Shown piece after piece: positions 14,531 through 21,315 of a stretch of 24,000 bases of DNA; positions within the stretch are counted from its first letter, which is position 1; every line of letters starts with the position of its first letter. The translations under genes were made by a program, and so were the position numbers. Source of the stretch: Caldovatus sediminis (GTDB taxonomy: Bacteria; Pseudomonadota; Alphaproteobacteria; Acetobacterales; Acetobacteraceae); NCBI RefSeq assembly GCF_014644455.1, contig NZ_BMKS01000004.1, positions 425,032 through 449,031 of the forward strand, read 5' to 3'. The notes below the pieces were generated by a model that was given only the letters and a program-made list of their open reading frames with translations, was not told where the DNA came from and made no database searches.

Positions 14531-15517
14531 TCACCACCGCAGGATCGCGCCCCCCGTCGTGTCCACGCTCCACTCCGGCCGCAGCGCGCCGGCGCGCTTC
14601 ACGCCGACCACCGGCCGGTCGATCACGCCGTCGGCGAGCTTGTCCTGGCGCACGCGCTCGAACTCCTCGGGCGTCACCCGCAGGCCCCAGCGCGAGACGG
14701 TGGCGCGGTGCCCGTCCTCCTCGCTCGTCACCGGCACCTCCACCGGTCGCCCGTCGCGGTCCACCGCCTCGACGATCAGGTAGAAGTTGCGCGCCCGCGG
14801 GTTGTCCTCCGGCACGCGCCAGACGCCGGAGGGCTCGCCGGGCCGGCTGACGATGCGCACCGTGTAGGCGAGGGAGGCCTGCTGGCGCAGCGCCTGGAGC
14901 TGCGCGAGGCGCGCGCGGGCGTCCGCGGCCGCGCCGGCGCGGGCCGCCGCCTCGCCCTCCGCGACCAGGCGGTCGGCCTCGGCGCGCGCCTCCGGCGCCT
15001 CGGTGGCGGCGAGCACCCGCTCGCGCTCGGCGCGCAGGGCGCCGGGCAGGCCGGTCTCGAGCTCGGCCTGGAGGGCGACGCGGGCGCGCTCGGCCGGCAG
15101 GCGGATGCCGAACCACCAGCCGCCGCCAAGGAGGAGCAGGGCGCCGAGGGCGAACAGCGCCGCGCGCCCCCAGCGCGCGCGCGTCGCCCAGAGGGTCGCG
15201 AGGCTGCGCTGGAAGGAGGGCGGCGTCGGCCGGTAGGCGAAGCGCTGCTGCTCGAGCGCGGCGACGCCTTGGTCGAGGATGCGCTCCGGAACCTCGATGC
15301 CCTGGGTGGCGTAGATCTCGCGCAGGCGCTGCTTGAGGCGCGCGCGGCGCGCGTCGCCCTGCAGCTCGCGCTCGACCAGGGTCTCGGCGTGGCGGAGCGT
15401 GTCCACCACGTCCATCGCGAGCATGGTCTCGTCGAGCGCGGGGGGCGGCGGCTCCCCGGGAGGGCGGGGCGGGGCGGCATCGGGCCGCGCCGGCGCCGCG
15501 GGGGCGTCAGGCGGCAT
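14531..15517 (-). CDS. Single-pass membrane protein (gene B), function unknown
   Basis: ATG at 15517 overlaps the end of gene A by 11 nt. It has a Pro-rich N-terminus, a helical block MLAMDVVDTLRHAETLVEREL, one hydrophobic span AALFALGALLLLGGGWWFGI, and a beta-rich C-terminal domain. An internal start at MLAMD is possible. Confidence 0.65.
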   Translation of the reverse strand: MPPDAPAAPARPDAAPPRPPGEPPPPALDETMLAMDVVDTLRHAETLVERELQGDARRARLKQRLREIYATQGIEVPERILDQGVAALEQQRFAYRPTPPSFQRSLATLWATRARWGRAALFALGALLLLGGGWWFGIRLPAERARVALQAELETGLPGALRAERERVLAATEAPEARAEADRLVAEGEAAARAGAAADARARLAQLQALRQQASLAYTVRIVSRPGEPSGVWRVPEDNPRARNFYLIVEAVDRDGRPVEVPVTSEEDGHRATVSRWGLRVTPEEFERVRQDKLADGVIDRPVVGVKRAGALRPEWSVDTTGGAILRW

Positions 15518-16739
15518 GCGTCGGACCGGGTGCCCCCGCGGCCGCGGCGGGCGCCGGCGGCAGGGCGGCCGCCTCCTGCGCCAGGCGCGCCATGCGCCGC
15601 TTCGCGTCCTCGACGCTGCGGCGGATCTCCTCGCTGTTCTCGGTGGCGAGCCGGCGCATCTCGGCGATGATCTCGCGCGAGCGTTCCTGGTAATTGACGA
15701 CGCTGTCCACGAGCCTCTTCACCGCCTCGGCGCGGATCGTCGGGCCGTAGCCGGCGCGCAGCGCCTCCTCCTGCACCTTGCCGCCGATCTCGGCCAGCGT
15801 CTCCAGGCTCCGCTCCACGCCCGCCTTCATGCCCTCCAGCGTGCGCGTGCTCTCGTGCAGGCCGTGCATGCCGGTGAAGCTCGCGGTCAGCGCGGTCAGC
15901 ACCGCCTCGTTGGTGGAGAAGAAGCTGACCGACTGCTGGTAGACGCGCTCCTTCGCGCTGGTGATCTGCACCAGGCGGGCCATGATGACCTCGGAGGTGT
16001 TGTAGGAGACGGTTAGGTTGTCGGCGAGGTCCTTGACGATCTGGTAGCGCGCCTCCTCCTGCTGGAGCGCGCGCAGCGCCTCGTCGCGCGCGAGCTCGAG
16101 CCGGGCGCGGGCGGCGGGGTCCGCGGGGGTGGCGTTCTCGACCGCGGCGGAGGCCGCTTCCATCGCGCGCCGCCGTTCCTCGAGGTGGCGCTCGGCGGCG
16201 TGCAGCAGCTCGAGCGCCATCACCTCCGCCTCCTTCAGCGCGCCGCGGAAGTCGCGGTAGGCCTCGAGGATGGCGCGCTCGCGCTCGATGTTCTCCTTGG
16301 TGTCGCGGGAAACGTCGAGGTAGGCGGCGCGGATGCGGTCGAAGCGCTGGGCGATGTCGCCGCGCCTGGCCTTCTGCCAGATGTTGGACAGGCGCTCGAG
16401 GGTGGAGATGCGGCCGTCCTCGATCTGGCGCACCATGGTCCGCGCGTCGTCGCGGATCGAGTTGAAGCTCTCGGTGATGGTCTCGTAGCGGCTGCCGATC
16501 TCCATCGCGCGGATCTGCTCGCGCACCACCTCGTTGAAGACGGTGGCCTGGTTGAGCACGCGCGCGATCAGCGCGACACGGTTCGGGTCGAGCTCGCCGA
16601 TGCGCGAGAGCAGGCCGGTGATCGGGCTCTCCCGGGCCGAGGGCTCGGGCAGCGGCAGGCCGAGGTCGCGCAGCGCGCCCATCGCCCTGTCGAGGTAGCG
16701 CATCGGCTGCGCGATGGCCGACTGGTGCTGCTGCCGCAT
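15507..16739 (-). CDS. TelA-like (toxic anion resistance family-like) all-helical protein (gene A)
   Basis: Purine-rich AAGGAGAGGG lies 7-10 nt upstream of the ATG at 16739. The protein is 410 aa and helical throughout. The segment order (RFDRIRAAYLDV...ERERAIL...; LVQITSAKERVYQQSVSFFSTNEAVLTAL) resembles TelA/YaaN as I remember it. The family call is unverified. Confidence 0.55.
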   Translation of the reverse strand: MRQQHQSAIAQPMRYLDRAMGALRDLGLPLPEPSARESPITGLLSRIGELDPNRVALIARVLNQATVFNEVVREQIRAMEIGSRYETITESFNSIRDDARTMVRQIEDGRISTLERLSNIWQKARRGDIAQRFDRIRAAYLDVSRDTKENIERERAILEAYRDFRGALKEAEVMALELLHAAERHLEERRRAMEAASAAVENATPADPAARARLELARDEALRALQQEEARYQIVKDLADNLTVSYNTSEVIMARLVQITSAKERVYQQSVSFFSTNEAVLTALTASFTGMHGLHESTRTLEGMKAGVERSLETLAEIGGKVQEEALRAGYGPTIRAEAVKRLVDSVVNYQERSREIIAEMRRLATENSEEIRRSVEDAKRRMARLAQEAAALPPAPAAAAGAPGPTHAA

Positions 16740-16947
16740 CTCTCGCCCTCTCCTTCGCCGCCGCCGCGGCCTGGCGGGGCGGAAGATGGGGGCGAGGCAC
16801 GGGGGCCCGCCATCGCCCGGGCTGCGGGCGGCCGCGGTCGCGCATCACGACGCGGTGAGGCGCGGGCGGCGGGCGCCGGAGGCCGGCGCCGGCGGGACGG
16901 GTCGAGCGGCACCGCGCCGGCCGACGGGCGCCCGGGAGCGGGCGGAA

Positions 16948-16968
16948 CGGCCGGGCGGCGTCCGGCCG
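16948..16968 (-). terminator. Possible weak intrinsic terminator after the DUF1127 pair
   Basis: CGGCCGG-N7-CCGGCCG hairpin 5 nt downstream of the stop at 16974-16976. Only UUCC follows it on the transcript, so there is no proper U-tract. Confidence 0.2.
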
Positions 16969-16973
16969 CGCCG

Positions 16974-17270
16974 TCACCACGGGCTCCGGAACGGCCTGCC
17001 CAGCGTGCGCGCGACCTCGTAGCGGTTCAGGCCGATGTCCCGCAGTTCGCGGTCGGACAGGGCGGCGAGCTCGTGAGCCTCGGTCATGCGCCGCCGCCAT
17101 CGGAGGAACAGCGTTGCCGGAAGGCGCAGGAGCGATGCGAACCGTCCGCCGAGGGGCCGGCAGCTAGGCCTGCCCGCCGGCGTCGCGGGCACGGCGGAGG
17201 CCGCGCCGGCACCCCGGCTGCATCGTTCGAGGTCGCAGGAGGGCGCGATGTCGCGACGGCCGATGTGCAT
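16974..17270 (-). CDS. DUF1127 domain protein, long form (98 aa if the ATG at 17270 is used)
   Basis: The C-terminus LRWRRRMTEAHELAALSDRELRDIGLNRYEVARTLGRPFRSPW is a DUF1127 signature. GGGGAG lies 4 nt upstream of ATG 17270, 9 nt after the previous stop. Third-position GC is high through most of the N-terminal extension, but the exact start is uncertain. Confidence 0.65.
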   Translation of the reverse strand: MHIGRRDIAPSCDLERCSRGAGAASAVPATPAGRPSCRPLGGRFASLLRLPATLFLRWRRRMTEAHELAALSDRELRDIGLNRYEVARTLGRPFRSPW

Positions 17271-17279
17271 GGCGCTCCC

Positions 17280-17708
17280 CTATGCGCGCCAGAAGGGCTT
17301 GGACGCCTCGCGCGCCGCGTCGTGGCGGCTGATGCCGATGTCCCTGAGCGCGGCGTCGGTCAGCGCGGCGAGGCGGCGGCGCTGCCGCGCGCGCTCCAGC
17401 CACAGCCCGAGGGTCCGCGACGCGCGCTCGATCGCGAGGGCGACGCCGGCGGTTCCCTCCGGGCGGCGCCGGGGCACGCCGGTCGCGATGCCGTTGGCGT
17501 CCGCCGGGGCGGCGAGGCGCGCGGCGACCGGTTCGGCACGCGGGAGGGCGGGGGCCCGGGCCGCAGGCACCCCCATCCGCGGATCGGACGGGCGCGGGTG
17601 TGGGCCCGCCGGCCCGGCGCGGCAAGCGCCCGCGATCGGGAGGTCCGGTTCGGCCTCGCGGGCGAGGGCGCGGCGGCGGGCGGGCCGGAGGTCGGTCTCG
17701 GTCGTCAT
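17280..17708 (-). CDS. DUF1127 domain protein, long form (142 aa)
   Basis: The C-terminus LWLERARQRRRLAALTDAALRDIGISRHDAAREASKPFWRA is a textbook DUF1127 motif. GGAG lies 8 nt upstream of ATG 17708. Only about 9 of 142 codons end in A/T, including across the roughly 100-aa Pro/Ala/Arg-rich extension. Confidence 0.8.
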   Translation of the reverse strand: MTTETDLRPARRRALAREAEPDLPIAGACRAGPAGPHPRPSDPRMGVPAARAPALPRAEPVAARLAAPADANGIATGVPRRRPEGTAGVALAIERASRTLGLWLERARQRRRLAALTDAALRDIGISRHDAAREASKPFWRA

Positions 17709-17919
17709 GGTCGCATCTCCGGTCTGGCAGCGATGCGAGCCTGCACGGCGCGCGCGGCCGTCGCGACCGAGACCTCCTCAAGTGCGATGAGCGTCGTTCA
17801 CCAGCCCGCCGCGACGCCCGCGGTCGCGAGGAGCGCGCCGGGAACAGGTCAGTCATGCTGCCCTTGGCGTGGAGCGGCACCGGCCTTTCTGGTTGCAATG
17901 CAGCAAAGAGGCGACCGGC

Positions 17920-18831
17920 ATGATGCGCAGGCAGTTGCCGCCGCTCGCGGCGCTCCGGGTGTTCGAGGCGGCGGGCCGGCGCGGCGGCTTCACCGCCGCG
18001 GCCGAGGAACTCGGCGTCACGCCGAGCGCCGTCAGCCACGCCGTGCGCACGCTGGAGGACCATCTCGGCCTGCCGCTGTTCCGGCGCGATCCGCGCGGCC
18101 TCGCGCTGACGCCGGCGGGCGAGGCGCTGCTGGCCGAGGCGAGCCGGGCCTTCGACGCGCTCGCGGGCACGGTCGGGCGGCTCGTCGCGGCGCGGCACGA
18201 GGCGGGGCTCCGCATCAGCGTGGCGCCGACCTTCGCCGCGCGCTGGCTGCTGCCGCGCCTGCCGGCGCTGCGGCGGCGGCATCCGGCCCTGGCGATCAGC
18301 ATCACCACCGAGCAGGACTGGGTGGATCTCGGCGACGGGCGCCGCGACCTGGCCATCCGCATGGCGCGGGAGCCGTCGGGGCCGGGCGAGTGGCACCGGC
18401 TGGTGCAGGAGCGCCTGGTCCCGGTCGCGGCGCCCGCGTTCGCCGGGCTGTCGCTCGAGGCGGCGCTGGCGCGGCTGCCGGCGATCCACCTGACCACGGT
18501 GAGCGAGGACTGGGCGGCCTGGGCGTCGCGGACGGGAATGGCGGCGCCGCCCGATCCGAGGAGGGGGCTGCGCTTCGACACGGCGCACATGGGGCTCGAG
18601 GCGGCGGCGCAGGGCCTCGGCGTGGCGCTCGGGCGCCTGCCGGCCTGCGCCGCGGACCTCGGCGCGCGCCGCGTGGTCGCGCTCGGGCCGGCGGTGGCGA
18701 GCGGGACGGCCTACTGGCTGGTCACCCGCCCGGGCCTGCTGCGCCAGCGCGACGGCCGCCTGCTCGCCGCCTGGCTGCGGGAGGAGCTGGCGGACCCGGC
18801 CGAGGCGCCGCAGGCGGAGCCGGCCGCGTGA
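17920..18831 (+). CDS. LysR-family transcriptional regulator (GcvA-like)
   Basis: The N-terminal HTH is LPPLAALRVFEAAGRRGGFTAAAEELGVTPSAVSHAVRTLEDHLGLPLFRR, followed by a LysR substrate-binding region. ATG at 17920 follows AAGAGG. The gene is divergent from the DUF1127 genes. Confidence 0.9.
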   Translation: MMRRQLPPLAALRVFEAAGRRGGFTAAAEELGVTPSAVSHAVRTLEDHLGLPLFRRDPRGLALTPAGEALLAEASRAFDALAGTVGRLVAARHEAGLRISVAPTFAARWLLPRLPALRRRHPALAISITTEQDWVDLGDGRRDLAIRMAREPSGPGEWHRLVQERLVPVAAPAFAGLSLEAALARLPAIHLTTVSEDWAAWASRTGMAAPPDPRRGLRFDTAHMGLEAAAQGLGVALGRLPACAADLGARRVVALGPAVASGTAYWLVTRPGLLRQRDGRLLAAWLREELADPAEAPQAEPAA

Positions 18832-18840
18832 CCGCGCCCC

Positions 18841-20106
18841 TCACCGAACCGCCGGCCGCGACGCCGCCCGCGCCACCGCGGCGAGCGAGGAGCCCTGCAC
18901 CACGATGCTGAACACGACCACGGCGTAGGTCGCGGCGAGCAGCGCCGGCTTGGCCTCCACCTCCGGCAGGGAAAGGGCGAGCGCGACCGAGATCCCGCCG
19001 CGCAGCCCGCCCCAGGTGAGGAGCCGCACCGTGCCCGGGCCGAAGTCGAGCCAGGGGCGCAGCGCGACGACCGGGCCCGACACCGCGGCCAGGCGGCCGA
19101 GCAGGGCGAGCGGGATCGCCGCGGCGGCGAGGCCGGCGAAGCCCGGGTCGAAGCGCAGCACCAGGACCTCCAGCCCGATCAGCAGGAACAGGACCGAGTT
19201 CAGCACCTCGTCGAGCAGCGTCCAGAAGCCGAAGACGTGGCGTTGCGTGTCCTCGCTCATCGCGTCCTGCGGGCCGCGGTGGCCGACCAGCAGGCCTGCG
19301 ACCACCACCGCGATCGGGCCCGACAGGTGCAGCGCCTGCGCGAGTGCGTAGGTGCCGGTGACGAGGCCGAGGGTGATCAGCGCCTCGATCGGGTAGTCGT
19401 CCACCTGCCGCATCATGCGGTAGGCGAGCCAGCCGGCGGCGGCGCCGAGCGCCGCGCCGCCGCCCGCCTCCACCACGAAGAGCCGGGCGATGCCGAGCGG
19501 CGTCGCCGCGTCGTGCTCGGGGCCGGTGCCGATGGCGATGGCGAGGAGGACGGTGAAGAGGACGACGCCGACGCCGTCGTTGAACAGGCTCTCGCCCTTC
19601 ATCTCGGTCTCGAGCGCGGCCGGCACGCGCACGACCTTCAGCGTCGAGAGCACGGCGACCGGATCGGTCGGGCTGATCAGCGCGCCGAAGACGAGCGCCC
19701 AGGGGAGCGGGATCGGGATGCCGAGCGGCGCCGAGAGCAGCCAGATGCCCACCCCGACCACCGCGGTCGAGACGACGACGCCGACCGAGGCCATCAGCGC
19801 CACCGATCCGGCGCGACCGCGCAGCTCCTCCAGGTCCACGTGCAGCGCACCGGCGAACAGGAGGAAGGCGAGCATCCCCTCCATCACCGTCGCCGTGAAG
19901 TCTATCTGACGCAGCGCCCCGGTGAGCGCCTCGTAGAGCTGCTCCTCGGGCACCGCGAGCTCGAACAGCACCAGGACGAGGGAGGATGCGAGGCCGATGA
20001 CCAGCAGGCCGATGGTGTGGGGCAGCCGCACGTAGCGGTAATTCAGCCAGGCGAAGGCGGCCGAGAGGGTCAGCAGCAGGGCGCCCAGCTCGAACAGCGA
20101 GAGCAT
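18841..20106 (-). CDS. Cation:proton antiporter, CPA1 (NhaP-type Na+/H+ exchanger)
   Basis: 421 aa and polytopic. ALISPTDPVAVLSTL, GESLFNDGVGVVLF and LTWGGLRGGISVALALSLP are typical Na_H_Exchanger motifs. Only the last third of the 18841..23235 track ORF is credible. Confidence 0.9.
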   Translation of the reverse strand: MLSLFELGALLLTLSAAFAWLNYRYVRLPHTIGLLVIGLASSLVLVLFELAVPEEQLYEALTGALRQIDFTATVMEGMLAFLLFAGALHVDLEELRGRAGSVALMASVGVVVSTAVVGVGIWLLSAPLGIPIPLPWALVFGALISPTDPVAVLSTLKVVRVPAALETEMKGESLFNDGVGVVLFTVLLAIAIGTGPEHDAATPLGIARLFVVEAGGGAALGAAAGWLAYRMMRQVDDYPIEALITLGLVTGTYALAQALHLSGPIAVVVAGLLVGHRGPQDAMSEDTQRHVFGFWTLLDEVLNSVLFLLIGLEVLVLRFDPGFAGLAAAAIPLALLGRLAAVSGPVVALRPWLDFGPGTVRLLTWGGLRGGISVALALSLPEVEAKPALLAATYAVVVFSIVVQGSSLAAVARAASRPAVR

Positions 20107-20292
20107 CGGTGGTCCCCCGGGGCGGGCGCCGCGCGCGCCTGCGCCTGCGGCGCCGTCGTCGCGGATTTTGCCGCGCCCGTCCAGCGCGCCGCCTGCGGCC
20201 GGTCGGCCCGGCGGGAGGGGCGGTTGTGGCGGCCCGCGGCGATCGGCTAGTTTCCGCCGCCGGGAAGCACACGACGCTGGGGGATCAGCCCG

Positions 20293-21309
20293 ATGACGCT
20301 CCGCCGAACCGTCCTGGCCGCCGTCGCCGCGGCCGCCGTCTGCGCGCCGGCCGCCGCGCTGGCCCAGGCCGCGCCGCAGTTCTTCCGCATCGGCACGGGG
20401 AGCGCGGGCGGGACCTACTACCCGATCGGCGGCATCATCGCGAACGCCATCTCCTGCCCGCCCGGCGCGCCCTGCGGCGAGGCCGGCGGCACCGCCGGCG
20501 TGCCGGGCCTGGTCGCGGTCGCGCAGGCGACCCAGGGCAGCGTGCAGAACGTCAACCTGATCCAGTCCGGCAACGCCGAGAGCGCCTTCAGCCAGTCCGA
20601 CGTCGCCCACTGGGCCTACACCGGCACCGGCCTGTTCGAGGGCCGCCCGAAGCTCGAGCGCCTGCGCTTCATCGCCCACCTGTTCCCCGAGCACATCCAC
20701 GCCGTGGTGCGCCGCGACAGCCCGATCCGCGGCTTCGAGGACCTGCGCGGCAAGCGCATCGCGATCGGGCTGCAGGCCTCCGGCGCGCGCATCGGCAGCG
20801 AACTGATCCTCGAGGCCAACGGCCTGCGCGCCGGCCGCGACTACACCGCGGAGTTCCTCAACCAGGCCCAGGGCACGGAGCGGATGCAGGACCGCGGCCT
20901 CGACGCCACCTTCACCGTGGTCGGCTACCCCGCCGCCGCCTTCTCCGAATTCTGCGCCCGCAGCGGCTGCCGCTTTCTGCCGATCGCCGGTCCCAACGCG
21001 CAGCGCGTGATCGAGCGCGCGCCCTTCTACGGCACCGGCACGATCCCGCGCGGCGCCTACGAGGGGCTGGAGGAGGACGTGCCGACCCTCACCGTCGGCG
21101 CCGTCTGGCTGGTGCGCGACAGCGTGCCGGAGGAGCTGGTCTACGGCATCACCCGCGCCCTGTGGTCGGACGTGACCCGCAATCTGCTCGAGCGCGGCCA
21201 CGCCAAGGGGCGCGAGATCGTGCGGCAGAACGCGCTGCAAGGCCGCGGCGTGGTGCCGTTCCACCCCGGGGCGGAGCGCTACTACCGCGAAGCCGGCATG
21301 CTGAACTGA
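20293..21309 (+). CDS. TAXI-family TRAP transporter solute-binding protein
   Basis: It has a signal peptide (AAVAAAAVCAPAAALAQA), the motif FRIGTGSAGGTYYPIGGIIANAIS, and a C-terminal VPFHPGAERYYREAGML. Confidence 0.9.
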   Translation: MTLRRTVLAAVAAAAVCAPAAALAQAAPQFFRIGTGSAGGTYYPIGGIIANAISCPPGAPCGEAGGTAGVPGLVAVAQATQGSVQNVNLIQSGNAESAFSQSDVAHWAYTGTGLFEGRPKLERLRFIAHLFPEHIHAVVRRDSPIRGFEDLRGKRIAIGLQASGARIGSELILEANGLRAGRDYTAEFLNQAQGTERMQDRGLDATFTVVGYPAAAFSEFCARSGCRFLPIAGPNAQRVIERAPFYGTGTIPRGAYEGLEEDVPTLTVGAVWLVRDSVPEELVYGITRALWSDVTRNLLERGHAKGREIVRQNALQGRGVVPFHPGAERYYREAGMLN

Positions 21310-21315
21310 GCCGGC

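Noticed and set aside
17893-17906. TTGC-aatgca-GCAA dyad upstream of the LysR gene, a possible LysR box
   Set aside because: The spacing is T-N10/N12-A rather than the canonical T-N11-A. It sits 14 nt before the ATG, overlapping the ribosome-binding region, not at a typical activation or repression site. Four-bp arms are weak evidence.
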